From a virus (lineage: Duplodnaviria; Caudoviricetes), in the IMG/VR virus record IMGVR_UViG_3300033417_000024, positions 1 through 42,097 of that record: a DNA stretch of 42,097 nt. One strand, written 5' to 3'. The translations under genes were made by a program, and so were the position numbers. Under the pieces are notes generated by a model. It ran no database searches. It was not told where the DNA came from and saw only the letters and a list, made by a program, of their open reading frames with translations. Positions 1 through 8,831 of the stretch are shown here, piece by piece. Numbering within the stretch: position 1 is the first letter of the stretch; each line of letters begins with the position of its first letter.

Positions 1-127
1 CCTGACGGCGCATCCCGACATTGAGCCGGCTGTGGCTGAGCCGGTCCCCCGGGTCGCGGGGGGCCAAGAAGTGGACAATCGGCCCGGAGGTCAACGTCCG
101 GTGGACCACCACCTCCTGAGAAAGCAG
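1..127. repeat. Terminal direct repeat, copy 1 (circular-assembly overlap)
   Basis: 1-127 is identical to 41971-42097; 127 is a common assembler k-mer size; an ORF crosses the join in frame. Confidence 0.97.
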
Positions 128-166
128 TACCCCGTCACCATCGACCCTGATCGTCGCCTCCACCAT
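1..166 (-). CDS. 5' part of an 80-aa hypothetical protein spanning the circular junction (MVEATIRVDGDGVLLSQEVVVHRT...)
   Basis: ATG at 166 with GGAGGA at 171-176; continues in frame into the 41894-42082 ORF. Confidence 0.8.
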   Translation of the reverse strand, partial: MVEATIRVDGDGVLLSQEVVVHRTLTSGPIVHFLAPRDPGDRLSHSRLNVGMRRQ

Positions 167-179
167 GACGTCCTCCTCG

Positions 180-950
180 ACTAGACACAGCCCTCCAAGA
201 GGTCCCCCACGCTAGCCGACCCGGTGCTAGCCTGCCGCCGTCAGACTCACCGGTCCGACACACGCTGGGAAGGGGCCGACAGAGACGGGTTCCGGGCACA
301 CTGGCCCCCCCCTCACCAGGCACCCGGCCCCAACCCAGCCAAGTCGCCGGCAGGGACGGGAGGAAAGACGACCGGAGATGAGCGCCCTCCTCCCCCCGGC
401 GCCAGTAGGTTCGCAACATCGCAGGAAGCAAACCCCTGCCACCAGTCGGGGAAATACGGACCACACCCAACACTCTCCGTAGCCTCCCCCCCGCTCCCCG
501 GAACCCTCGAGCCACACCACAGCCGAGACCACCCCACGCACCCCACGCACCCCCCTAATGCGCCACGATTGATGCAGACTAAGACATCTACTTAGACCCC
601 CCCTCGGATTGGCATGGGCGGGTTGGCTTCGCGGCCGGGATACGGTACAGGATAAGGGGTTCTGGACGCGGGCACCCGGGATTCGGGCCAGGACCTGGCG
701 GTCTCGGACCAGGAGACGGCGCCCCCCCCGGGACCGCGCGTTATGTCAAGTTGAAGAGGGCCTGGAAGAGATTCCTAGGGCCCTTGGGGGCATCTTCGGG
801 GGGAGCTCGGCCTTCACGTGCGGGTGTTGCGGCCGCGGTGCGTGGTCGGGTGCCGGCAACGCGTGATCCCTCGGACTCCGTCCGATACCTGCGGACTTTG
901 CAGGTGTGATACGATGGTGGCATCGGGTCGGCGAGGTCGGCCCATGAGAC
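180..950. other. Non-coding divergence region between the two arms (candidate genome end, packaging or control region)
   Basis: No ORF with credible codon usage; + strand switches from C-rich to G-rich near 600; CTAAG-N7-CTTAG at 579-595; extended -10-like TGATACGAT at 907-915. Confidence 0.55.
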
Positions 951-962
951 GGAGGGCGAGCC

Positions 963-1235
963 ATGGCGGCAAAGTCGAGGACTCGGGCGACGGGTGAGGC
1001 GACGGAGGTTCGGGTCGTCCCGTTCGCTCCGGCGATCAAGGGTGTGTCCAAGGGCGGTCAGATCACCTACCAGGAGAGGCTGGCGGACGGCATGACGCTG
1101 GTCCTCTACGCCCCGGAGGGCGTGGCGACCGACTCGGTGCGTGCCGCGGTGGAGTTCACCGGGCGACTGGTGAAGGTCTCCGGCGGGAAGGCTCCCGCGA
1201 AGGCGGCGGGGGACGCGGCAGAGCTGCTCGCCTAG
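963..1235 (+). CDS. Hypothetical early protein, 90 aa
   Basis: GGAGGGCGAG RBS and GC3-rich codons. Confidence 0.8.
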   Translation: MAAKSRTRATGEATEVRVVPFAPAIKGVSKGGQITYQERLADGMTLVLYAPEGVATDSVRAAVEFTGRLVKVSGGKAPAKAAGDAAELLA

Positions 1236-1303
1236 GGCGGGCGTACACCTGGACGGGCCCGGGGCATGGCGCTCCGGGTCCGTCCCCACAAGGGAGGGCG
1301 AGA

Positions 1304-1657
1304 ATGACCATCACGTATCTAGACGGAACCCCGGTGCCGGGCGTCTGCGGCATCACGTCACCGGCGGGCGGGCCGGGCACGGTCTCAGCCACGCGGGTGG
1401 AGGGCGGGCGCACGATCACGGTGCTGCGGCCGCTACCTGCCGCCGCGGTGCGGGCGAGACTCGGGCAACGCTTCTCGGCAACGGCGACCGCGGCCCGGCT
1501 CACCGCCCGGACCGCGTCACGTCACGCCCACGGTGGCGCCACTCCGGGTCCGCGGGTACTGGCGGCGGAGCAGGCACGCTTCGGGCAGGAGGCCGAGCGG
1601 GCACGCGGGCTGTACGTACTGCGGGTGGCGGCGGGCTGGAGCCGGATCACGACCTGA
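1304..1657 (+). CDS. Hypothetical protein, 117 aa
   Basis: Same GGAGGGCGAG RBS; preceded by a hairpin at 1251-1285. Confidence 0.7.
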   Translation: MTITYLDGTPVPGVCGITSPAGGPGTVSATRVEGGRTITVLRPLPAAAVRARLGQRFSATATAARLTARTASRHAHGGATPGPRVLAAEQARFGQEAERARGLYVLRVAAGWSRITT

Positions 1658-1755
1658 GCGGGAGGCCCGCACGGGCGGGCATGAGGGCACGCGTCATCGG
1701 GGCGCGTGCCCTCATGCGCGTCCGGACAGGCTCCGGGCGCGGGACGGAGGCAGAC

Positions 1756-2025
1756 ATGACCGATTGTCGGCATGGGCTCGCCTCGGGAACATGCGCACCA
1801 TGCCGGGGCGAACGCGCCCCACGGGTGTGCGAATGCGCCGCCGTCGGGCAGCGACCGATAACGGTGCTGGTCCCCGACGGAGAGGCGGCAGACGGGCGCA
1901 CCCTCCGCGCAGCGGTATGCGCGGTATGCGGGCGGGCACGTCCGTTCTTCCCGAGGCGGCAGAGCGAGGATGGCGGCAGGCTCCTGGCGGAGCACTACCG
2001 GGCGACCCTGAGCGGCCGCGGGTAG
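1756..2025 (+). CDS. Small Cys-rich (putative Zn-binding) protein
   Basis: GGAGG RBS; CRHG, CAPC, CEC and CAVC motifs. Confidence 0.65.
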   Translation: MTDCRHGLASGTCAPCRGERAPRVCECAAVGQRPITVLVPDGEAADGRTLRAAVCAVCGRARPFFPRRQSEDGGRLLAEHYRATLSGRG

Positions 2026-2185
2026 GAGGGCGGACGCGCCCGCCCGCGAAGGTGTGCGGGCGCGTCCGCGGTGCGCGGGCACCAGTCCGGCAGCGCGAGC
2101 GCGGACGCGAGCCGGGCGGGGGGAATGCCCAGTGCCGCCAGTCAACCGGCCCAGTACCGCCAGCGAACGAGCAAGGAGGACGAAG

Positions 2186-2419
2186 ATGAATCGGGCGAAG
2201 GACAAGATGGTGGCGATCTGCCATTGGGGATGCGGCGTCGAAGTCGACAGCCGAACCAATCGGGCCCGCACGCCCCTCGAGGGGATCATCCCGGAAGGGT
2301 CGGTCGGTTGGGTGGTATGCGGCCCGTTGTGCCCTAGCCGCCCTGACGGGGCGGTCTGCTTCGAGCAGAAGCCGTCGGTACGGCCCGGCCTGTTGAGGAG
2401 GGGACGGGGCCGGGTGTAG
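2186..2419 (+). CDS. Small Cys-rich hypothetical protein
   Basis: AAGGAGGA RBS; CHWGC and CGPLC motifs. Confidence 0.65.
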   Translation: MNRAKDKMVAICHWGCGVEVDSRTNRARTPLEGIIPEGSVGWVVCGPLCPSRPDGAVCFEQKPSVRPGLLRRGRGRV

Positions 2420-2462
2420 CCGGTCGGACGGGCGAGCGGGCGGGACGGCAAAGCACGGCGAT

Positions 2463-2490
2463 TTGACAGCCGTGGGATTGTGGTTATAGG
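2463..2490 (+). promoter_or_regulatory. Putative early promoter/operator motif, copy 1
   Basis: TTGACAGCCGTGGGATTGTGGTTATA; 21/26 identical to 4427-4452. Confidence 0.6.
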
Positions 2491-2533
2491 CGGCGAATCC
2501 GTCGTCTCATTTGAGTAAATGGAGGGCGAGACA

Positions 2534-2740
2534 ATGGACTTGAATCTGACAGTGATAAGCGGACGGCTGGCGTCACCGCCGGAGATCCGGCAGTTCGAGT
2601 CGGGCGCACGGATGGCCCGCTACCTGGTCACCGTCCGCACCGAAGAACCCACCCTGTGTGGTGAGCCGGTGCTCGTCGGGTTCGACCACTGCGGTCGGGC
2701 CGTCTGCCCGGCCGGACCGACCATCGACCAGGAGGACTGA
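2534..2740 (+). pseudogene. ssb: N-terminal fragment of a single-stranded DNA-binding protein fused to an unrelated tail
   Basis: MDLNLTVISGRLASPPEIRQFESGARMARYLVTVR matches the first strands of the SSB OB fold; similarity stops after about 39 aa. Confidence 0.75.
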
Positions 2741-2741
2741 C

Positions 2742-3287
2742 ATGGGAGCCGACCTGATAGTGGCCACCGCCAGATGGCCCCAATACGACACCGGCGAGGC
2801 GATGGACCCGAACGATGGGAAGGCGTTGGAGACGCTGACCCGCCGGGTGGACCAGCTCACCGACGCCTATCTCCGGGAGATCGACGAGGCGGGGCGGGCT
2901 GAGGGCCTGGAACCCGAAGCGGTGCGCGCCGAACTCCATTCGGCGGTGCGTCTCATGTGTGACGGGAGCCGGGAGACCACCATCCATCTCCTCGACGGGG
3001 TGCGCTGGCTCATCGCCGGCGGCATGTCATGGGGCGACGAACCCTCCGACGCCTACCGGCAGGTGATGATGCTCGACGCCAGCGGCATCACCGACACACC
3101 GATCCCAAGGGAGCCCGACGAGCCAGTCCGGACGATCACCCTCTACGCCACCGTGAAAGGCGACCGGTCACCCGAAGTGTGGGCCGATGCCATCTTCGAG
3201 GCGGCGACCGCCGAGGGAGCCGTCCACGCCCTGAGGACAAGCCTGTTGGGAATCACCCTACCGACCGAGGAGGCCGACGATGAGTGA
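2742..3287 (+). CDS. Hypothetical protein
   Basis: AGGAGG RBS, ATG at 2742; contains GGMSWGDEP. Confidence 0.8.
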   Translation: MGADLIVATARWPQYDTGEAMDPNDGKALETLTRRVDQLTDAYLREIDEAGRAEGLEPEAVRAELHSAVRLMCDGSRETTIHLLDGVRWLIAGGMSWGDEPSDAYRQVMMLDASGITDTPIPREPDEPVRTITLYATVKGDRSPEVWADAIFEAATAEGAVHALRTSLLGITLPTEEADDE

Positions 3288-3726
3288 CCGAACCCCAACC
3301 CTCCGCGGCGAGTACCTTGCCCGGCACAAATCGTCCCTGGAGGCGGCCAAGGCCCTAGCCGTCGGGTTCAACCGGGACGACCCGGAGAACCACAAGGCCG
3401 GGTACACCCGGCCCAATGCCCTCCTCGCCGCGCTCGAGGTGTTCCCCGAGGTGGAGGAGGAGGATGTGCGGGACGAGCTGGACTGGCCGCATGAAGTGGT
3501 GATCGTCGGCTCGGTTCCGGTGTCGATCAAGGTCGACCTGGATGAGGGCACGATCCTCAAGGTGGTCGTCGAGGACGAGCACCTGCTCCTCGACGCCTCC
3601 AAGTTCGACCTGGTGGGCTGGTCCGTCGACGGTCTCGGCAGCCCGATCTCACCCGAGACCGAGGAGCTGGCCGAGAAGGTGCTGGACCACGTCGACGAGT
3701 GGCCCGCCTGGGAGTTCGGCTGGTGA
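3280..3726 (+). CDS. Acidic hypothetical protein, 148 aa
   Basis: RBS, overlap with the previous gene, codon usage; ends WPAWEFGW. Confidence 0.8.
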   Translation: MSDRTPTLRGEYLARHKSSLEAAKALAVGFNRDDPENHKAGYTRPNALLAALEVFPEVEEEDVRDELDWPHEVVIVGSVPVSIKVDLDEGTILKVVVEDEHLLLDASKFDLVGWSVDGLGSPISPETEELAEKVLDHVDEWPAWEFGW

Positions 3727-3751
3727 AGACGACCAACGAGGAGGACGAGAG

Positions 3752-4252
3752 ATGAGCACATTCATTGTCGAGAAGGCACATATCGACTACATGCTCACCG
3801 CCGGGATGCTCCGCCATCCGATGTCGGGGCACACCCTGCGGTGGTGGACGCAGAACATCCGGGGACTCGCCGAGATCGCCGAATACCGCCGGGAGCTGAC
3901 CGAGGACACCGCCGGGCAGGTGGGGGCGATGCTCTTGGCCGAGAACCAGCGCTCGGTGAACCACCGCTACGACGAGGACGAGCTCGAGGAGCCCTACCTG
4001 TTCGCCCGGGTGCGGGGGGTCAGCTCGGTGTGGGCGCTCAAAGCGATCGACTGCTACGAGTACCAGGCGTGCGAGCACGCCGGATGGGACGACTCGGAGG
4101 CCCGGCGGTTCTGTGTGGCGCTGCGGGACTGGGTGATCGACCTGCTCCCCGGATACATGGAGGCCCCGTGGGGGCTCGACTCAGGAAACGTGGAGTACCA
4201 CACGGGCATGACGCTCACCGAGCTGATGAAGGGAGGACTCGACGGTGGCTGA
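3752..4252 (+). CDS. Conserved phage/mobile-element hypothetical protein
   Basis: GAGGAGGA RBS; ENxxSVNHRY, KAIDCYEYQACEH and PGYxxAPW motifs recognised from phage hypothetical proteins. Confidence 0.8.
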   Translation: MSTFIVEKAHIDYMLTAGMLRHPMSGHTLRWWTQNIRGLAEIAEYRRELTEDTAGQVGAMLLAENQRSVNHRYDEDELEEPYLFARVRGVSSVWALKAIDCYEYQACEHAGWDDSEARRFCVALRDWVIDLLPGYMEAPWGLDSGNVEYHTGMTLTELMKGGLDGG

Positions 4253-4352
4253 GATCACCGACGGCATGGGTTACGGACGGGCCAACCCGATCACCGAGCT
4301 GGTAGACGTCGTCGCCGACCTCTCGGAGTGGACTGTGTTCCGGGAGCCTTGA
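4245..4352 (+). CDS. 35-aa small ORF or gene remnant (MAEITDGMGYGRANPITELV...)
   Basis: GGAGG RBS, GTG start overlapping the previous gene, GC3-rich codons. Confidence 0.45.
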   Translation: MAEITDGMGYGRANPITELVDVVADLSEWTVFREP

Positions 4353-4426
4353 CAGATTCCGCCCGGTCGGCCGCCTGTTCGCCCTCGCGGCCGGCCGGGC
4401 GGCCCCCAACGGTAAGGGCTGCGAAC

Positions 4427-4454
4427 TTGACAGCAATGGGATAGTGTTCATATC
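4427..4454 (+). promoter_or_regulatory. Putative early promoter/operator motif, copy 2
   Basis: TTGACAGCAATGGGATAGTGTTCATA; follows a 14-bp-stem hairpin at 4361-4400. Confidence 0.6.
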
Positions 4455-4484
4455 GGCACCACCGACCGACCAGGGAGGACGACC

Positions 4485-4760
4485 ATGCCCGTCGAAGGGT
4501 TCGATGCGGGCGAGTGGATCAGGCAGGGACATCACCGCGACTGCCGGGTCCACGACCCGTACTGCGAGGACTGTCAGCACCCCCGGTGCCAACACCGCCA
4601 GGCCACGCACGGGCGTGGGCACCCTCACCGCGGTGAACCGGCAGGGTTCCGTTGCCATTCGATACTCAGCACCGACGGCGACATGTGCTGGTGTGCCGAG
4701 TTCATCCCCGAACGAGATCTCGAGCTCGCGCTCGACAAGAACTCCCCGCATGGGGAGTGA
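4485..4760 (+). CDS. Cys/His-rich putative Zn-binding protein
   Basis: GGAGGACGACC RBS; CEDCQHPRCQH, CHS and CWCAEF motifs. Confidence 0.75.
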   Translation: MPVEGFDAGEWIRQGHHRDCRVHDPYCEDCQHPRCQHRQATHGRGHPHRGEPAGFRCHSILSTDGDMCWCAEFIPERDLELALDKNSPHGE

Positions 4761-4892
4761 CGGCCGGATGGGGCCAAGGCCACCCGTGACCAGGCGAGGG
4801 AAGCGCTGGGCGTCGCAGATCGGCGTGCGACAACGGAGTGGTACAGCCCCCACCGGTCGTCGACCGACGCACTCAACCAAGGAGGACGAAGA

Positions 4893-5165
4893 ATGAGTGC
4901 CACCACAGCCGCCCGCGCCCGGCGCCCGAAGCAGACGACCAAGGCCACGGAGCCGCCGCCGGCGCCCCAGGCCGAGGTCAAGACGGACCGCGATGAGACG
5001 CCGGCCCAGGCAGTCGGTGAGACGCTGGTCCGAGGCGTCGCCACCTTCGCCGGCGAGAGCAAGGGCGGCAACGACCGCTTCGAGCTCAAGGCCGGGACGA
5101 CGAAGGTGTTCGTCTACCTCGAGGATGCCGGGCCACAGCCCGTCAACGTCCTCGTCTACCGGTAG
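4893..5165 (+). CDS. Hypothetical protein, 90 aa
   Basis: AAGGAGGA RBS and codon usage. Confidence 0.8.
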   Translation: MSATTAARARRPKQTTKATEPPPAPQAEVKTDRDETPAQAVGETLVRGVATFAGESKGGNDRFELKAGTTKVFVYLEDAGPQPVNVLVYR

Positions 5166-5281
5166 AGAAGGCCCGTTGGGCGGGGACCCGGCGCAGGCCG
5201 CGCCCCCGCCCATACGGGTGAAAAGGAGGACGAGTCCATTTCGCTGCCGATGGTAGCGGGATTGAAGGGGAGGACAAGACC

Positions 5282-6388
5282 ATGAGGTTCACCGTCAACC
5301 GCAGGAGCTTCGTCGACCACCTGACCCGGGTGGCGAGGCTCGCCGCCTCCAGAGCGGTCCGGCCGACGCTGCTGGGCGTGGCCCTCAGCGCCGCCGAAGG
5401 GCAGTTCCAGGCGACCTGCCACACCAACTCGGGCGACGTGGTCGCCTGGGGCAGTCGTTACGGGGCCGCTTCGGTCGACGAGCCGGGCCAGGCCATCGCC
5501 CCCGCGGCGATCCTCCGCGACACCGTCAAGAGCCTGCCGGGTGACACCGTCACCATCGAGACCGACGACCACGACATCGCGGTATCGGCCGCCGGCGGGC
5601 GTTCGACGATCCGCCAACTCGGCGGCGTCGACGACTTCCCGACCGAACCCGATCTCGGCGACGAGGGCCTCGATGTCGCCTGGGAGACAGTCCAGCCGCA
5701 CGTCTTGGCGGTCGCCTACGCCGCATCGACCGACCGGCGCCGCCCGATCCTCGGCGGGGTCTGCTTCGCCGAGGGGTCGACCGGACTCGAGCTGGTGGCG
5801 ACCGACAGCTACCGCCTCGCTGTCTCCGAAACGGGGATCCCCTACCCGGCGGGCCTGGGCAGGCCGCTGTTCCCGGCGAAGCTGCTGGGCACCGAGATAC
5901 CCAGGCTCACCGGCGGCGGTGAGTGGGGCATCATCCACAAACGGGACGACGGTCGGTGGCTCACGATCGCCGGTGACGAGGGGGCCCTGACGGTGCGGGG
6001 TATCGAGGGTGCCTTCCCCAACTACCGCAGCCTGATCCCGGAGGCGACAGCCCACTACGCCACCGCCCCCCGGGAGGCGTGGCTACAGGCCCTCGCCTCC
6101 GCCAAGACCGTCGCCGCCGGCCACGTCCCGGTCCGGGTGGTGTCCCTCAACGGCTCCGGGGTGGAGCTGACGGTGGTCCGCCAAGACGTCGGAGGGTTCA
6201 CCGGGTACGTGGAGGGCTCCAGGAGCGACATGCCCGAAGGCATGATGATGGCGTTCAACTGGAAGTACCTGTCCGACGCGGTGGCGCATGGCGGTGACGA
6301 GCCGACACTCCAGATCGTCGACCCGGCAAAGCCGGCGGTCCTCCGGGACGGCGGACGCACCAACCTGATCATGCCGGTCAGATTGTAG
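5282..6388 (+). CDS. dnaN: DNA polymerase III beta subunit (sliding clamp) homologue
   Basis: 368 aa; RPILGGV, VATDSYRLA, IEGAFPNYRSLIP, AFNxKYLxDA and C-terminal LIMPVRL motifs. Confidence 0.93.
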   Translation: MRFTVNRRSFVDHLTRVARLAASRAVRPTLLGVALSAAEGQFQATCHTNSGDVVAWGSRYGAASVDEPGQAIAPAAILRDTVKSLPGDTVTIETDDHDIAVSAAGGRSTIRQLGGVDDFPTEPDLGDEGLDVAWETVQPHVLAVAYAASTDRRRPILGGVCFAEGSTGLELVATDSYRLAVSETGIPYPAGLGRPLFPAKLLGTEIPRLTGGGEWGIIHKRDDGRWLTIAGDEGALTVRGIEGAFPNYRSLIPEATAHYATAPREAWLQALASAKTVAAGHVPVRVVSLNGSGVELTVVRQDVGGFTGYVEGSRSDMPEGMMMAFNWKYLSDAVAHGGDEPTLQIVDPAKPAVLRDGGRTNLIMPVRL

Positions 6389-6399
6389 AAGGAGGAGCA

Positions 6400-7110
6400 A
6401 TGATCTATCGAGGCCAAATCAGGGTCTACCCGCCTCTCGAGGAGGCGCAGGTGGCGTACCTTGCCCGGTTCGCAGAGACCCAGCGGGTCGCCCGGGTGCC
6501 CTATTCGGTGGACGGGCTCCCCGACGTCGTCCGCTTCGAGGCGGGTCTGCTGACGGCCGGGATGTACGGCGACTTCTATGTCGGAGAGTCCGACCTGGGG
6601 ATGATCGGCAGGCAGGTCCCGCCCGGTCACCGGATGGTCCAGCCATGGCGGGGTGTCGAGACGGAGCCCGGGTCGAAGGTCTACGTCGAATGTGAGGGAG
6701 ACCAGTTGACTCCCATGGGTCTGTTGAGTCACGCGGGCCACGGGTGCGTGCCCCTCGAGGACACTCTGTTCCTCGGCTACCCCGACGACGACCCGGCCCG
6801 GCAGCCGTCTCAGCGCTGCCCATGGACCCCGACTGCCGACGGGAAGGCGCTCGAGGGCGTCGAAAACGGATACAAGGTCGCGGAGTGGCTCATCTGGATC
6901 CACCACAACCTGCTCCGACGATGGGGATATCGGCGCATCGACGGCGTCGTCCATGGATGGGATCCCGAGGGATGCGGAGGCGAACACACCCTGATCCTCG
7001 CCGACAAGGAGGGGGTCGCCCGGGTGGACGTCGACTGGGAGAAGCTCGGCCGGTGGATGCGGAAGTACAAGGACCGCTGGTCCGAGATCTTCGCCGGGTT
7101 CGAGCCATGA
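6400..7110 (+). CDS. Conserved hypothetical protein, 236 aa
   Basis: AAGGAGG RBS; QPxxxCPWxPTxDG...EWLxW...WGY pattern. Confidence 0.75.
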   Translation: MIYRGQIRVYPPLEEAQVAYLARFAETQRVARVPYSVDGLPDVVRFEAGLLTAGMYGDFYVGESDLGMIGRQVPPGHRMVQPWRGVETEPGSKVYVECEGDQLTPMGLLSHAGHGCVPLEDTLFLGYPDDDPARQPSQRCPWTPTADGKALEGVENGYKVAEWLIWIHHNLLRRWGYRRIDGVVHGWDPEGCGGEHTLILADKEGVARVDVDWEKLGRWMRKYKDRWSEIFAGFEP

Positions 7111-7837
7111 GCCTCCGCATCGTCGCCGACCCCCATCCGGTGACGGGGGTGGTTGCGCAGATCTCCGAGGCGCGGGGCGAGGCGGCGATCCGGGCCAAGG
7201 AGCCCCAGTGGGAGAGGCTGTTCCGCTGCGTGTCGTGGACCTGTGACATCTGCGGGTTCGTCGAGCACGGCACCGCGCGAGGGTTCTTTAGGCTCTGCCC
7301 GTGGTGTGATCGGCTTCGAGGCTACGCCTATCAGGATTGGCATTGGCATCTCCGGGCACCGGCCCCGATCGAGGCTGGCCTGACTACACCGGGTCGCACG
7401 GATCGTGGACGGCGGAGGGTGGGCCCAAGACGATCGGGGTCGAACTCGCCCGAAAGATCCTCGCGGTGAGCACCGCCGACGCCGATGGAGGCTCCAATAT
7501 CGCCGCCGCACCGACCCGGGCACTCATCACCCGGCTGGTCAAGAGAGGCTGGTCGAAGGCGGAGCTCGCCCGACGGATCACCGGCAACCCGAACACCGCC
7601 AGCCTCCAGATGAACGGCAAACGGGTGCGTGCCCGCACCGCCCGCCGGGTCGAGGAGATCTACCAGGAGCTCAGAGACCTCCGGCCGCCGCCCCGCGGAA
7701 CCCGGTACGACGAGTGGGCAGAGCCCGGTCCCGAGCCGCGGGAGGGTATCGGTCGCTGCAAGGGTTGCGGGGAGCCGCTGGCAACCCACGACCTCCAGAA
7801 ACGGTGCGCTCCGTCCCCCCGGGAAGCGGCGCTATAA
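7107..7837 (+). pseudogene. Disrupted or fused locus: a CxxC-CxxC protein running into a frameshifted HTH DNA-binding protein
   Basis: ATG at 7107 (CDIC, CPWC); the plausible coding frame changes around 7380-7430; the downstream frame encodes GWSKAELARRI (HTH) and CKGC without its own RBS/start. Confidence 0.55.
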
Positions 7838-7880
7838 CCTGCTAACCTGCGAAGTGGTCGAACGTAGAAGGAGGACGACC

Positions 7881-8387
7881 ATGGCGTATGCCAACCCTCG
7901 CACCTGGCAGCAGTTGATCGAGCTCCTCGAGAAGCTCACCGGCCTGATCCTCTCGATCCCGACACCGCCAGAGGAGGAGATCGCCGACTACCTGGGCCGG
8001 ATCCAGAACATCGAACGGAAGCTCGGCGACCATCGCCGGGGCCTCTACCCCGAGACGCCGGCGGTCACCGGCGCGGAGTACCGGACGGTGGAGGAGCGGG
8101 TCGCCAAGCGGAGCTTCGGCACGGCGGCGATCATCGACACCGTCGCCACCCGCACCGAACGCGACCATCTGGCGGTGATCCTCGACCTGATCAGGGAGGG
8201 TGCCGCCAAGCTCACCTTCGGCTGGACGCCGTTGAAGCGGTACTTCCAGACCCACCAGCTCCCCATGCGGATCGAACATGTCGAGATCGAGGATCTCGGT
8301 GACGTCGACGGGCCACACGTGGGGGAGACCTATACGACGCGGACCCGGATCGTCGGCGTGAAAGGCGACAAGAAGGAGGATGAGTGA
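7881..8387 (+). CDS. Hypothetical protein, 168 aa
   Basis: AAGGAGGACGACC-ATG; extended -10-like TGCTAACCT upstream. Confidence 0.8.
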   Translation: MAYANPRTWQQLIELLEKLTGLILSIPTPPEEEIADYLGRIQNIERKLGDHRRGLYPETPAVTGAEYRTVEERVAKRSFGTAAIIDTVATRTERDHLAVILDLIREGAAKLTFGWTPLKRYFQTHQLPMRIEHVEIEDLGDVDGPHVGETYTTRTRIVGVKGDKKEDE

Positions 8388-8602
8388 AGGGCATACGGAT
8401 CGTCACCAACATGACCCGGATGGACGGGTCGGGCAAGCAGCTGGGGTTCCTGATCGAGGACGAGACGGCCCGCTTCCGGGCGTCGAACTCGTTCCTGCGG
8501 TTCTCACAGAAGGAGCACGGCGTCACCATCCAGTACCTCCTGCCATGGACGTCGGTGTCGCATGTCTATTGGACGGAGGACGACGATGCCGCCGCTTCCT
8601 AG
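8384..8602 (+). CDS. Hypothetical protein, 72 aa
   Basis: GTGA overlap with the previous stop; RBS. Confidence 0.75.
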   Translation: MKGIRIVTNMTRMDGSGKQLGFLIEDETARFRASNSFLRFSQKEHGVTIQYLLPWTSVSHVYWTEDDDAAAS

Positions 8603-8831
8603 AGGCCGATGCGCCTGTGGAGCAGAGGCAGCCCTCCGCAACGGCGGGTTGCTCCGCCAGCACCAGCCGGAGAACGGTGTCGCCCCGCGGCCCGAACTCG
8701 GCGCATGGTGCCCCGGCTCCGGGGAGAAGGCCGCTGACTGGCCGTACACGCCGCCGGGTCCGTCGATCCCGCTGGTCACCCCGCCCGAACCCGACGACCC
8801 CGACTGGCAGCACGACGAGAGGGGGGACTGA
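8586..8831 (+). CDS. Small putative Zn-ribbon protein
   Basis: GGAGGA RBS; CAC...H...WCPGSG motif. Confidence 0.65.
   Translation: MPPLPRGRCACGAEAALRNGGLLRQHQPENGVAPRPELGAWCPGSGEKAADWPYTPPGPSIPLVTPPEPDDPDWQHDERGD

Noticed and set aside
1-127. 127-bp repeat as a biological terminal repeat or att site
   Set aside because: The length matches an assembler k-mer and it falls mid-ORF, so it only indicates circularity or terminal redundancy
2534-2650. ssb 5' fragment as an attP that restores a host gene
   Set aside because: No integrase was recognised, and the fragment uses the same GGAGGGCGAG RBS as neighbouring phage genes; not fully excluded
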